A stretch of DNA of 64,000 nt from an uncultured Gemmatimonadales bacterium (GTDB lineage Bacteria > Gemmatimonadota > Gemmatimonadetes > Gemmatimonadales > GWC2-71-9). Below the pieces are notes generated by a model that saw only the letters and a program-made list of their open reading frames with translations, searched no databases and was not told where the DNA came from. The stretch lies in NCBI GenBank assembly GCA_963828735.1, contig CAWHFW010000002.1, positions 416,001 to 480,000 of the forward strand. Direction: 5' to 3'. How positions within the stretch are numbered: position 1 is the first letter of the stretch; the number at the start of each line of letters is the position of its first letter. Positions 1-13,034 of this stretch are shown here, in pieces. The translations under genes were made by a program, and so were the position numbers.

Positions 1-86
1 CAGCGAATTCTCCCATGATCGCAGCCGGAATGCGCTGAGATCTCACAACAACCACCTGCGTTCGCCCGTCGTCCGGCCGCCTTCCC

Positions 87-3000
87 TCACCCGGCCATCC
101 TCACCAGCACCCGAGTCCCCCGCCCCACCTCGGTATCCACCTCGATCCTGCCGCCCCACCCTTCGACCAGCCGACGCACGATCGCCAGGCCGAGACCGGA
201 TCCGCTGGTCGTCGTGGAGAAGCGAGGCTCGAAGATCCGGGGAAGCAGGTCCGAGGGAATGCCGGTGCCGTCATCGGCGACCTCGATCCGGTCCGGTCCC
301 ACGGTCACATCCACCACCCGGGCCCCCGCATTGCGCGCGTTCTCCAGCAGGTTGACGACGACCTCCTTCACCTCGTCGGGGCGGGCCGCGCCGAATGCCC
401 CTGGCTGGCAGGTAAGCGTCACCGTGCAGCCCTCCTCCGCCAGCCGGTACAACTGGATCACCTCGCCGACCACGACACCGAGATCGATGCGGTCCAGCGG
501 CTGGGCCACATCGGCGGGGGCCGCGAAACGGCTGAAGGCGCGTGCGATCGTGTCGAGCCGATCGATTTCCGCGAGCATCCGGCCGGCGGTGTCTTCGAGC
601 GTGCGATCGAAGTCCGGGCGCCGATCCCGGTACACCCGCCTGAGGTGCTGCATGCCGAGACGCATCGGGGTGAGCGGGTTCTTGATCTCGTGCGCCACTT
701 GTCGCGCCATCTCGCCCCAGGCCAGCACGCGCTCGGCACGGGACACGTCGGTGACGTCGTTGAGCGCGATGACGACGCCGCGCACCTCGGGCCCAAGCGA
801 CGCCAGCCGGAAGGAGATCCGGCGGCCTGCTGCCTCGAGCTCGGCCGCGTCCGGGGCCTCCGGGTCGTCGAGAAAGCGGCGGACCGCCGTCGTGAACCCG
901 CTCCACTCGGGTCCCAACCGATCGAGCAGGGGCGCTCCTTCCTCGAGCTCGGTTCCCACCAGCTCGACGGCCTGCCGATTGGCGATCAGCACGCGGCCGG
1001 CCGGATCCACACCCACGACGCCGGTGGTCACCGTCGCGAGCACGGCGGAGGTTCGCCGTCGGGCCTCCTCTAGCGCGTGTTGGCTGCTGCGGATGTCGGC
1101 CACCATCCGCTCGAAGGCCCCGAAGACGGGCTCGAACTCGAGAGGCTGCGGCTCGGCGTGGGGCGGCATGGCCTGACCGCGTCCGAGCGCGAGCGCGCTG
1201 CGCCGGAGATCGGCGACTGGCCGCGAGAGCGCCCGCGAGGCCCGGCCCGCGCCAGCCAGGGCCGCGCCGACGCCGGCCAAGGTCGACAGCAGCAGGACCA
1301 ACGCCAGGTCGAGCTGCCGAACGCCGAGCGAGGCATCGCTGGCGAGTTGCGGCGTCGCGAGCACGCCGATGTCGGTCGGTCCCCCCGGCTGAATCACGCG
1401 GTACCCGATACGCTCGGCGAGGGCCGGAATCGAGCCGTCGCGGGTCACCTCGAGGTCGCCACCGAGTGCCAACGCCGCGTAGGCGTCAGGATCCATCAGT
1501 TGCGGCATGACGCCGAGGTCCTCGAGCACCTGCGTGCTCGTGCCGGCGAGGCGACCACCCAGGTACAGGGCGAGATCGGCGTCGATCCGTCGGCTCAGCT
1601 CGCGCAACCGCTCGTCCGGCTCGGGACTGCCGCCACGAACCAGGCCGCCGGCGGTCAGCACCGCGTCCCTGAGGGTCTGCGTGATCAGGAGGTCCCGGCT
1701 CCGCTCGACCTCCTTGGCGAGCCGGGCGAAGCTCCACGCGGCGAATCCGAGGGTGGGAAAGATGAAGAAGGCGGCGAGGGTCACCGCGAGCCGGATGCGG
1801 AACGACCGCGCGAGGCTCCGCCAGCGCGGAGGACGGAAGCGAAGCCCCGACACCAGCTCCGCCGCGAGCCAGAGCACCCCAAGCACGCCCGCGTCGAGCA
1901 GCACGACGAGCACGCCCCGTACGAACAGCGGAACCGGACCACGCAAGTCGATCGCCGCGTGAACCGTACGCCGCCCGCCCGGCAGGTCGAGCGGATACGC
2001 GTTTCGGAGCGACCAACCCTCGCGATGCCATCGGGGTCTCGGCGTCGGCGCGGAGGGATCGGCCGGCGGGCTCAAGGTCAGGCGGTAGAGCGGCGCCTGC
2101 TGGCTGCCTGGGTCGAGCAGTCGCCCCACACGGCCCGGCTGGACCAGGGCGGAGCGCGGGCCGATCGCGGCCGTCATGACTTCGTCGCGGGGGAAGCGCA
2201 CCAGAAGGATGTAGTGAACGCCCGGTACCCGCAGAACCTGCGTGACGTGAAGCGAGTCTCTCGGCGCGAGATCCCGCACCATCGTGGACAGTAGCGACGG
2301 CGGCAGGTCGAGCGAGTCGAGGACGAGCTCGTCCACGAGCGCGCCCCCGGCTGACCAGAGTGCCAGATGGGCCGGATATCCCTGCGATCCGAGCGACGAG
2401 CCGCGCCAGAGGGCATACATCGCCGACGCGGTCTCGGGCGTCTCGCTCCGACGGAGCGACTCGCCGAACCGCTCGAGCAACGGCACCGCGAGCGGATCGG
2501 GCTCGTTCCCCAGGCGCGCCACGTCGCGCTGGGCGACCTGAACCCGGCCAGCCAGCTCGGCGCCCCACGTCACGAGCGCCGCGGAGCTTCCGGCCACGAG
2601 CGCGATACCCGTGATCGTAGCCCACCGCGGGCCGCGGAGCGTGACCAACAGCAGAGCCGGCGTCCAGAGGAACGTGTACCAGTCCGGCCACCCGCCGCGC
2701 GGACTCCACACCAGGACGCCCACCACGGACGCGGCCAACGCGATCGCTACGCCCACGGCGATGTGGCGCCAGCCCCGGGGCTCCGCCGAGGAGCCGCGGA
2801 ACAGTGCGGCGGTCGGAACGATCAGGGCCGCGGCGGAGACCATCAGCGCGAGCTGCCAGCTCAGCCAGAGGCCGATCGGCACGCCATCCGCCGGCGGTGT
2901 GATGCCGCGGCCGAGGTTGCTGACGAGGTAAGGGGACGCGAGCAGGAGCGCGCTCCCGAGCGCCACTCCGTACCATCGTCGTGGAAGCCGCTGGCCCCAG

Positions 3001-4070
3001 AGCCAGACGCCGCCGATCGTGAGCAGGATGCCCGCGAGCGCGAGCACGCCGGCGGATCCAGACAGCGGACCGAGCAGCGGCCGGAAGAAGGTGGCAGGCG
3101 AGAACAGCGGTTGGAGTCCGAGCGCGGGGCCGACCGGCGCGCGCACCGGCAGCCACACGAGGGCCGCCAGAAGGGCGATCCGCCCGGGAGGGCTGTCCGC
3201 CACGCTGAGGCCGAGGGCGAGCGTCAGCAGGACCAACCAGGTGGCCAGCCGGCTTCCGCGCTCGTAGGCGAGCTGTTTGGCCGTCCCCTGCTCCGGCGGG
3301 ACCGGCCGCACGCTGAAGAGCAGCCGTGGGCCGGCGGTCGTGGGCTCTTCGTAGTCGAACACGTCGGCACTGTCGGGGGCGGTGTTCGGTGGGTAGACCA
3401 TGAGGCCGACCTCCGTCCGCTCGCGAAACAGCTCGGCAAGGCTCCGGCTTCGGTCCGGGACCGCCGGATGCGCCCAGATGAGCACCGCCGCCACGGCGAC
3501 CCGGCCGTCGTCGGTGTGGCGTCGGGCCTCGAGCACCACGTAATATCCAGTCGCTCGCGAGGCGATCGAATCGCCCTGCGCCACCGGCGGCAGCCGGTGG
3601 CGACCCGACCACGCCCAGGGGAGGCCATTGGCGTCGAGAATGACGACGCTCATCTCGGGGCCACTGGCGGGAATGAGACGATCCAGCACCGCGAACGCGC
3701 CCGAGCGATCGTCGCCGGGTGTCGCCGCCGCCGCCGCGGCCAGCCGCTCGGCGCGATGGAAGGCGGCATGGAGATCGCCCGCGAGCCGCTGGGACGCGGC
3801 CGTGACGCGATCCTTGCGCTGCGTGGGCCACTCGCGCTCGATGGCCGTGAGGCGAGACTGCGCGATAACCAGGGCGGCGACCAGCCACGCGAGCGCGGCC
3901 ACCAGCCCACGCCGCCGCCAGCCCGCGAGGGGGCGCAGGAGCGGAAGCAGCGCCGCAAGCGCCGCTCCGGCCGCAATCACCCAGACCCAGCCGGGCCGAC
4001 GCAACCATTCCGCCGCCGACACGCCGGCGGCCAGCACCACCACCACCCACCACGACCCCCGATGACTCAA
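87..4070 (-). CDS. Very large multi-transmembrane sensor histidine kinase (NtrY-like HAMP/PAS/HisKA/HATPase C-terminus)
   Basis: H-box MARQVAHEIKNPLTP, N-box VVNLLENA, G boxes DDGTGI and FSTTTSGSGLGLAIV; many hydrophobic segments upstream. Start chosen as TTG at 4070 (MSHRGSWW...) because the ORF-track extension to 4298 overlaps the creatininase-like gene. Confidence 0.85.
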   Translation of the reverse strand: MSHRGSWWVVVVLAAGVSAAEWLRRPGWVWVIAAGAALAALLPLLRPLAGWRRRGLVAALAWLVAALVIAQSRLTAIEREWPTQRKDRVTAASQRLAGDLHAAFHRAERLAAAAAATPGDDRSGAFAVLDRLIPASGPEMSVVILDANGLPWAWSGRHRLPPVAQGDSIASRATGYYVVLEARRHTDDGRVAVAAVLIWAHPAVPDRSRSLAELFRERTEVGLMVYPPNTAPDSADVFDYEEPTTAGPRLLFSVRPVPPEQGTAKQLAYERGSRLATWLVLLTLALGLSVADSPPGRIALLAALVWLPVRAPVGPALGLQPLFSPATFFRPLLGPLSGSAGVLALAGILLTIGGVWLWGQRLPRRWYGVALGSALLLASPYLVSNLGRGITPPADGVPIGLWLSWQLALMVSAAALIVPTAALFRGSSAEPRGWRHIAVGVAIALAASVVGVLVWSPRGGWPDWYTFLWTPALLLVTLRGPRWATITGIALVAGSSAALVTWGAELAGRVQVAQRDVARLGNEPDPLAVPLLERFGESLRRSETPETASAMYALWRGSSLGSQGYPAHLALWSAGGALVDELVLDSLDLPPSLLSTMVRDLAPRDSLHVTQVLRVPGVHYILLVRFPRDEVMTAAIGPRSALVQPGRVGRLLDPGSQQAPLYRLTLSPPADPSAPTPRPRWHREGWSLRNAYPLDLPGGRRTVHAAIDLRGPVPLFVRGVLVVLLDAGVLGVLWLAAELVSGLRFRPPRWRSLARSFRIRLAVTLAAFFIFPTLGFAAWSFARLAKEVERSRDLLITQTLRDAVLTAGGLVRGGSPEPDERLRELSRRIDADLALYLGGRLAGTSTQVLEDLGVMPQLMDPDAYAALALGGDLEVTRDGSIPALAERIGYRVIQPGGPTDIGVLATPQLASDASLGVRQLDLALVLLLSTLAGVGAALAGAGRASRALSRPVADLRRSALALGRGQAMPPHAEPQPLEFEPVFGAFERMVADIRSSQHALEEARRRTSAVLATVTTGVVGVDPAGRVLIANRQAVELVGTELEEGAPLLDRLGPEWSGFTTAVRRFLDDPEAPDAAELEAAGRRISFRLASLGPEVRGVVIALNDVTDVSRAERVLAWGEMARQVAHEIKNPLTPMRLGMQHLRRVYRDRRPDFDRTLEDTAGRMLAEIDRLDTIARAFSRFAAPADVAQPLDRIDLGVVVGEVIQLYRLAEEGCTVTLTCQPGAFGAARPDEVKEVVVNLLENARNAGARVVDVTVGPDRIEVADDGTGIPSDLLPRIFEPRFSTTTSGSGLGLAIVRRLVEGWGGRIEVDTEVGRGTRVLVRMAG

Positions 4071-4097
4071 TCCGGACAGCCCTGGCGCATAAAAGAG

Positions 4098-4775
4098 ATG
4101 ACCCCCGGCGCGGTGCGTGAACGGCTGCAGGAGCGGCCCGGCCTGGTCGTGCCCGTGGGCACCACCGAGCAGCACGGCCCGCATCTGCCGCTGGGTTGCG
4201 ATACCATCATCGTGGAGCGCCTCGCCGATGATCTGTCGGCGGAGTTCGGGATCCTGCGAGCGCCGACGGTGGCGTACGGCGTCCACGCGCCGACCCATGC
4301 GTTCCCTGGCGGCGCCTCACTTCGGCGGCGCACGCTGCATCGGGTCATGAACGAACTTATCGAGTCCTGGGAGGAGGGGGCAGGCGTCCGGGAGTTCGTC
4401 ATCCTCACCGCGCAGGCCAGCGAGGCTCACCTCGAAGCACTCAGCACGATTCGCACGGACGAGGCCACGGTCCAGGTCATCGATGTCTTCAGCCTGGATT
4501 TCGGACCGCTGCTCGAGCGGCCCGGCTCTCCGATTCAAGGCGGCGAGCTCGACACCTCACTGCTGCTCTACCTCGCACCCGAGACGGTCCGGATGGAGCT
4601 GGCGCAGGACTTCGCGGTCACCCCGAATATGGTCAACCGCTTCCGGCCGGGGCATAGTCGCCGGCTGCCACAGGGTTCTCCCGGCTCGGTCGGATTTCCC
4701 AGCCTTGCCTCCGCCCAAAAAGGGGAGCTGCTGTATAGATTCATCGTCGATCGGATCAGGAGTTGTCTGACGTAG
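4098..4775 (+). CDS. Creatininase/creatinine amidohydrolase family protein
   Basis: PVGTTEQHGPHLPLGCD motif and C-terminal GSVGFPSLASAQKGE; C-terminal part of ORF 2367..4775. Alternative start at 4062. Confidence 0.8.
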   Translation: MTPGAVRERLQERPGLVVPVGTTEQHGPHLPLGCDTIIVERLADDLSAEFGILRAPTVAYGVHAPTHAFPGGASLRRRTLHRVMNELIESWEEGAGVREFVILTAQASEAHLEALSTIRTDEATVQVIDVFSLDFGPLLERPGSPIQGGELDTSLLLYLAPETVRMELAQDFAVTPNMVNRFRPGHSRRLPQGSPGSVGFPSLASAQKGELLYRFIVDRIRSCLT

Positions 4776-4787
4776 GACGGTCGGAGG

Positions 4788-4815
4788 TCGGGCGGCCGGC
4801 CGAATGGCCGCCCGA
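4788..4815. terminator. GC-rich hairpin after creatininase-like gene
   Basis: TCGGGCGGCC...GGCCGCCCGA 10-bp inverted repeat; no clear U tract. Confidence 0.35.
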
Positions 4816-4913
4816 GTCTCGTGGCGCCAGGCCCGGGCCAGGCCGACACGCGAACTGCTGACCGTTCGACCGCCCGGCCGCCCCTCCGGGCGTCCGTCCC
4901 GAAGGAGCTTCCC

Positions 4914-5558
4914 ATGCGGACCGCAGCGCTGCTGTTGATGCTGCTGCCTGCCCTGTCGGCGGCTCAGGAGCCGCTCGAGACCAAGCTGGTGGTCTCGCAG
5001 GGGGGACAGGAGATCGGCCGGGAGGAGTTCACCCTTCGGTCGACTCGCGGGCGCGGCCTGCCTGGCAGCACGATCATCGCCGCCGCCCGGTATCCAGCCA
5101 CCGGTCCCACGACGCGTCTGGCCGCCACGCTCGAACGCACCCCGGACAGCGCGCTGGCCAAATTCCAGCTGGACGTCGAGAGCGCAGGCGCCGTGACCGT
5201 CATCCTGGCCGCTGGCTCTGGCGCGCGGTTGATCGTGCGCACGGTGGCCAAGGGGTCGGAATCGGGCCGGGAGCTGCCGGGCGGACCCGACGTCGTTCTG
5301 CTCGATGATTCGGTCTACTCGCTCTATCATCCGGTGGCGGAGCTCGCCACGCCGGCGGGACGGACGCTGACGGCCATTTTCCCTCGGTCGGGGAGGCGGG
5401 CAACGTTCACGGCCCGACGGGATTCCGGGGTGGCCGGCGGAGCGAGCCATGTAACCTTGACCGGCGACATCGCTGGCACGCTGGTGACGGACCACGGCGG
5501 CCGCCTCGAGCGGCTGGAGTTTCCGTCGAAGGTGACGGTCGTGACGCGGCAAGAGTAG
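4914..5558 (+). CDS. Hypothetical secreted beta-rich protein
   Basis: RBS GAAGGAG before ATG 4914; signal peptide MRTAALLLMLLPALSAAQ; typical high-GC3 codon usage. Confidence 0.7.
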   Translation: MRTAALLLMLLPALSAAQEPLETKLVVSQGGQEIGREEFTLRSTRGRGLPGSTIIAAARYPATGPTTRLAATLERTPDSALAKFQLDVESAGAVTVILAAGSGARLIVRTVAKGSESGRELPGGPDVVLLDDSVYSLYHPVAELATPAGRTLTAIFPRSGRRATFTARRDSGVAGGASHVTLTGDIAGTLVTDHGGRLERLEFPSKVTVVTRQE

Positions 5559-5678
5559 CAACCCTCCTCAAGTCGTTACCACGCATCGTAGAAGCTTGCG
5601 TCGTCGCAACCTGAAACCTCCGCGGCGAGGGTCGCGTATAGGGCCCGGCCACATCCACATCCCTTGAGGGTTTCGTCC

Positions 5679-7199
5679 ATGAATCGCTGGTTCGGCTACC
5701 TCGCGCTGATCGCGCTGTTTCCCGGCTTGGCGGCGGCACAGGACTCGACGGCGGTGGCCCGTCCCGCGCCGGCCGTGACGCTCTCGCTCCAGGAAGCGCT
5801 CGACCAGGCCCGGGCCAACAGTCCGACCTATCGGCAGACGCTCAACGACGCGAACCCGGCCAGATGGGGAGTGAAAAACGCCTACGGCAGCCTGCTGCCC
5901 TCGGTGAGCGTCGGCTCGGATGTCGGCTATACCGGCAGCGGCCAGTCCAGCATCGGCGGCGGGCTGGTCCTGCCCACGTCCGCCTTCTACACGTCCGGGT
6001 ACGACGTGAGCCTTCAATGGCAGCTGAATGGACGGACGATCACCGCCCCGGCGGAGCAGAAGGCGCTTCAGCACGCCACCGACGAGGACATCAGCGGGGC
6101 CGGCATCACGCTGCGGTCGGAGATCACCACGCAGTATCTCACTACCCTTCAGGCGACCGCCCAGGTCGCAGTCGCCAGGCAGCAGGTCACGCGGAACGTC
6201 GACTTCCTGACGCTCGCCAAGGCGCGGTACCAGGTGGGGCAGGCGACGCTGCTCGATGTCCGCCAGGCCGAGGTGACCAAGGGACAGAGTGACGTCGCCC
6301 TCCTCCGAGCGGTCCAGGCCGAGAACGAGGCCAAGCTCGACCTGCTGCGACGCATGGGCGTCGAGCCGCCGGTCGAGGTGGACCGGATCGCCCTCACCGA
6401 CTCGTTTCCCGTCACGGCCCCGACCTACCAGCTCGACTCGCTGCTCAAGCTCGCGGAGGAGCAGAATCCGTCGATCCGCTCGCTCCATGCGCGGACGACC
6501 GCAGCCTCGCTGGGCGTCCGCTCGGCGAAGAGCGAGTTCCTTCCGACCCTGTCCGCCCGGGCCGGCTGGAGCGGGTTCACGCAGCAGTACACCGACGAGA
6601 ACTTCCTCGTGAACCAGTCCCTCGGCCAGGCGCAGTCGCAGGCGGCGGGCTGCCAATCGGACAACGAGGTACGCGCCGCGGTCGGCCTGCCCACCTCGGA
6701 CTGCTTCGCCGCCGCGGGGCTCACGCCGGACGGCAGCACGCTGCAGGATCCGATCCTGCAGACGATCGAGAACGGCAACAACGCGTTTCCCTTCAGGTAC
6801 TCGAGGCAGCCGTTCCAGGCGAGCTTCCGCATCTCGCTGCCCATCTTCACGGGCTTCGGCCGCTCCCTCCAGCTCGCTCAGGCTCGGGCCCAGGAACAGG
6901 ACGCCGACGAGAACGAACGAGCGCGCCGCCTCCAGGTGCGGAGCGACGTGCATGCCCGCTGGCTCGGCCTCCAGACCTCGTACCAGGCCATCGCCGTGCA
7001 GGCGGCGAACCGCGAGGCGGCCCGGGACCAGCTTCGCCTGGCACAGGATCGCTACCGGCTGGGCGCCGGCACCTCGCTCGAAGTCTCGGACGCCCAGAAT
7101 GCCGTCCAGCGCGCCGAGGGCGATTACGTGAACTCGATCTACGATTACCACAAGGCGATCGCGGCGCTCGAGGCCGCGGTCGGTCGTCCCCTTCGCTAA
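5679..7199 (+). CDS. TolC family outer membrane efflux protein
   Basis: Signal peptide, LSLQEALDQARANSP start, two OEP repeats (ARYQVGQATLLDVRQA; DRYRLGAGTSLEVSDA). Confidence 0.9.
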   Translation: MNRWFGYLALIALFPGLAAAQDSTAVARPAPAVTLSLQEALDQARANSPTYRQTLNDANPARWGVKNAYGSLLPSVSVGSDVGYTGSGQSSIGGGLVLPTSAFYTSGYDVSLQWQLNGRTITAPAEQKALQHATDEDISGAGITLRSEITTQYLTTLQATAQVAVARQQVTRNVDFLTLAKARYQVGQATLLDVRQAEVTKGQSDVALLRAVQAENEAKLDLLRRMGVEPPVEVDRIALTDSFPVTAPTYQLDSLLKLAEEQNPSIRSLHARTTAASLGVRSAKSEFLPTLSARAGWSGFTQQYTDENFLVNQSLGQAQSQAAGCQSDNEVRAAVGLPTSDCFAAAGLTPDGSTLQDPILQTIENGNNAFPFRYSRQPFQASFRISLPIFTGFGRSLQLAQARAQEQDADENERARRLQVRSDVHARWLGLQTSYQAIAVQAANREAARDQLRLAQDRYRLGAGTSLEVSDAQNAVQRAEGDYVNSIYDYHKAIAALEAAVGRPLR

Positions 7200-7211
7200 C
7201 GAGGAACGCAC

Positions 7212-8482
7212 ATGTCGCGCGGGATGAAGGTCGGTCTGATCGTCGTGGGCATCGCGCTGGCCGCAGGCGGCGGCATCGCCTACCAGGTCCAGAAGAAGAA
7301 GCACGCCGGCACCGAGGTCCGTATGGAAAAGGTGGCGCGGCGTGACCTGGTGAGCGCGGTGACCGCGAGCGGAAAGATCGAGGCCAAGACGTCGGTGGAC
7401 ATCAGCGCCGACATCACCGGGCGGATCATCCGACTGGCCGTTCGCGAGGGGGACCTCGTGACCAAGGGCCAGTTCCTGATCCAGATCGACCCGGCCCAGT
7501 ACCAGGCCGCGGTCTCCCGCGCCCAGGGCGCCGTGGCCTCCACCGAGGCGACGCTCATCCAGGCCCGGGCCAACCTGGACCAGGCGGAGCGGGCCTGGAA
7601 CCGTGCGCGGCAGCTCTCGCAGCTCGGTCCCAACCTGATCGCGCCGGAGGCCGCCGAGCAGGCGCGCACGTCGTACGACGTCGCGCAGGCGACCTGGCAG
7701 GCGACCCGCGCGCAGCTCGAGCAGTCACGCGCGAGCCTCCAGGAGGCGCGCGACAACCTGTCCAAGACGCGGCTCACGTCGCCCATCTCGGGGCGGGTGG
7801 TGCGTCTCGCCGTCGAGGAGGGCGAGGTCGCCGTGCCGGGCACGTTCTCGCGGGAGACCGGGTTGCTCATGACCGTTGCGGACCTGTCCGTGATCCTGGC
7901 CAAGGTGCAGGTGGATGAGACCGACGTGGTGCGCCTCGCACCCAACGACTCGGTCCAGGTGAGCATCGACGCGTATCCCGACACGTCCTTCATGGGGCGC
8001 GTGACCCAGATCAGCCACAGCGCCAAGATGACCGAGACGCAGACGGCATCGGGCTCCAACGACCGCGCCGTGGATTTCGACGTGGAGGTGACCCTGGACA
8101 GCCCGCCGCGCGACATCCGGCCCGACTTGAGCTGTACGGCCCGGATGGTGACCGACACGCGGTCCCAGACGCTCAGCATCCCGATCATCGCGCTCACCGT
8201 GAGAGACCACGAGCGCGTGCCGAACGAGAATCCGAACGTGGACACCACGAAGCTCAAACGGCTCGGCAAGGAGGCCGAGGGCGTGTTCGTGGTCCGGGAT
8301 GGTCAGGCGACGTTCCGGCCGGTCAAGGTCGGCATCGCGGGCGACGAGTACTTCGAGGTCGTCGACGGTGTTCGCGAGGGCGAGACGATCGTCGCCGGCA
8401 CCTACCAGGCCATCCGTGACCTCAAGGATGGGGCACGCGTTCGCGAGGCGGATACGACGAAGACCAAGAAGGACGCCGAGAC

Positions 8483-8486
<4 letters not shown>
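7212..8486 (+). CDS. Efflux periplasmic adaptor (MacA/HlyD-like membrane fusion protein)
   Basis: N-terminal TM, ASGKIEA...[26 protein letters not shown] lipoyl-like motif, coiled coil, SPISGRVV. Confidence 0.9.
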
Positions 8487-10420
<1,934 letters not shown>

Positions 10421-10424
<4 letters not shown>

Positions 10425-11683
10425 CCCCCGCCCGGCCGATCACGCTGCTGAGCCGAATGGCGGAGGGCATCGCCATCGCCCTCGATTCGGTACGCTCCAA
10501 CAAGGTCCGTGCCGCCCTCACGGTGCTGGGCGTGGCCATCGGCGTCACCGTGGTGATCGCGATGGGGTCGGCCATCACCGGGATCAACCGCAGCATCACG
10601 GCCATCCTCGAGTCCGCCGGCCCCAAGACCTTCTTCGTGCAGCGTTACTTCGACGGCGGTATCACCGTCTCCGATGGCTCGGACGAGCTGTCGCCCTGGC
10701 GGCGCATGCCCTGGGTCACGACCGATGAGGCCGAGATGATCCGGCGCCTGCCCAGCATCCGCGACGTCAACATCGGCGAGTACACCCGCGGCCCCGTGAG
10801 CGCCGAGAGCATGAGCCTGTCGAGTGTGTCGGTCGCGGGATTCAGCCCGACCTACCTCCAGGTGAACGGTGGCGACATCGTCGCGGGCCGAAGCTTCACG
10901 CCGGTGGAATACGCCGCCGGCGCGCACGTCGCGGTGATCAACGACAAGCTGGCGCAGTCGCTCTACCCGGAGCGGGACCCGATCGGCAAGACGATCAAGA
11001 TCTTCGGCGTCCCGTTCCAGGTGATCGGGCTGCACGCCGAGGCGTCGTCGCTCTTCAGCAACGCCGACGAGCCGCGTCTGGCCATCCCGCACACCGCCTT
11101 CGTCAAGGTGGCCGACTATGAGCGCGGCTGGATGGAGATCGCGGTGGTGCCCACCGACTCGGCGACGACGCTCGAAGCCCAGGATGAGGTGACCGCGGCG
11201 ATGCGGAGCGCGCGCGGGCTTCGGCCGGGGGAGGCCAACAACTTCGCGATCGTCACGCAGGACCGGGTGCTCGAGGCGTTCAACAAGATCACGGCCGGCT
11301 TCTTCATCGTGATGATCGCGCTGTCGAGCGTCGCGCTTATGGTGGGCGGCGTCGGCGTCGTGGCGATCATGATGATCTCCGTGACGGAGCGCACCCGCGA
11401 GATCGGCGTCCGCAAGGCGCTCGGCGCCACGCGGGGCGAGATCATGTTCCAGTTCCTGGTCGAGGCCGCGACGCTCACCTTGATCGGCTGCCTCATCGGC
11501 ATGGCGCTCGGCGCCGCGGCCGCGTGGGGCATTCGCTCGGCCACGCCGATCCCGGCCACGGTGCCGCTCGCCTCGGTGATCGCGGCGGTCCTCGCCTCCA
11601 TTCTGACGGGCGTGCTGTTCGGCCTGTACCCCGCCAGCAAGGCATCACGCCTGGACCCGGTGGAAGCGCTTAGATACGAGTAG
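10421..11683 (+). CDS. MacB/FtsX-type ABC permease 2 (intact)
   Basis: NKVRAALTVLGVAIGV; VTERTREIGVRKALGAT; ASRLDPVEALRYE. Confidence 0.92.
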
Positions 11684-11708
11684 CACGCGAGCCGCCAAGT
11701 GGAGCGAC

Positions 11709-11742
11709 GGGCGGAGGGGGCGCTGACCGACTCCTTCCGCCC
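11709..11742 (+). terminator. Putative hairpin between permease 2 and permease 3
   Basis: GGGCGGAGGGGG...CTCCTTCCGCCC imperfect stem followed by TCTGCGTTTT. Confidence 0.4.
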
Positions 11743-11779
11743 TCTGCGTTTTCACCACCCTTCCCGTCTATCTTTCCTC

Positions 11780-13028
11780 ATGCCCCTGTCAGAGGCTCTC
11801 CGGCTCGCGCTCCAGGCCATCTGGGGCGCCAAGCTCCGCTCGTTCTTCACCCTCCTCGGCATCATCGTTTCCGTCGGATTCCTGGTCGTCGTCGTCGCCG
11901 TCATCCAGGGGATGAACGCGTACGTCAAGGAAAACCTCACCGGCGCGATGATCGGCACCAACGCCTTCCAGGTGCGCCGCTCGCCCATCTCGGTCGGCCT
12001 GATGGACGACGCGCAGGTGAAGGCCATCGCGAAGCGGCCCGCTCGTCTCCGAGGAGGACGCCGCCACGGTGCTGCACGCTCTCCCGGACGCGCAGGCGGT
12101 TGCCCTCCAGTCGGGGTGGCCCACGCCGATCAGCGACGTCTCGTATCGGGATCGAACCGTCGGCAACGTGCTGATCTTCGGCGTCACGCCGCCCTACCAG
12201 ATCGTGCAGGACTACCGGATGCTCGCCGGCGTGCCGCTCACCGAGCCCGACGTCCGCGAGCGTCGCCCGGTGGCCGTCATCGGCTACGAGATCGCCGAGA
12301 AATTGTTCGACCAGCCCGCATCCGCGGTCGGCAAGAAGATTCGGATCGCGGGCCGGGAGGTACTGGTGACGGGCGTGATCGCAAAGGAAAGGGCGCGTAC
12401 TCGGCCAGTCCTTCGACGCGTTCATGCTCCTTCCCTTCTCCACCTTCGAGTCGTTCTACGGGCGCCGGAAGACCACCGTGGTCTCGGTCAAGATGGCGAG
12501 CGCCGAGGCGGTCGAGCCGGCCATGGTCCGCGCCGAAGAGGCGATGCGGATCGCCCATCGTCTGCGGCCCGGCGAGGAGAACGACTTCACCGTGGACAAG
12601 GCCGACGCGCTGGTCGCGTTCTGGCGCCAGCTCACCCGGCTGCTCTTCACCGCGATCCCCGCCGTGGTCTGCGTCGGGCATCGTCGTCGGCGGCATCGTG
12701 ATCATGAACATCATGCTGATGAGCGTCAACGGAGCGCACCCGGGAGATCGGGCTGCGCAAGTCGCTCGGCGCCAGGCGCGCGGACATCCGCCGCCAGTTC
12801 CTGATCGAGGCCGTGGTGCTCTCGACGCTCGGTGGGCTGCAGGGCGTGCTGGCCGGCTGGGGGCTCGCCTTCGCGGTCTCGAGCTTCACGCCGCTGCCGG
12901 CCCGGATCACGCTCTGGTCGGTGGCCGTCGCGCTCGCGCTGGGCGGTGGCGCCGGCGTCGTCTTCGGCGTGTTCCCGGCCGCCCGAGCCGCGCGGCTCGA
13001 CCCGATCACCGCGCTCCGCGCCGAGTAG
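11780..13028 (+). CDS. MacB/FtsX-type ABC permease 3 (several apparent frameshifts)
   Basis: MPLSEALRLALQAIWGAKLRSFFTLLGIIV at start; fragments in several frames end with AARLDPITALRAE*. Confidence 0.8.
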
Positions 13029-13034
13029 CGACAC

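Noticed and set aside
4071..4298. N-terminal extension of the histidine kinase overlapping the creatininase-like gene
   Set aside because: It is simply the antisense of the creatininase coding frame; kinase-like hydrophobic sequence begins only near 4070.
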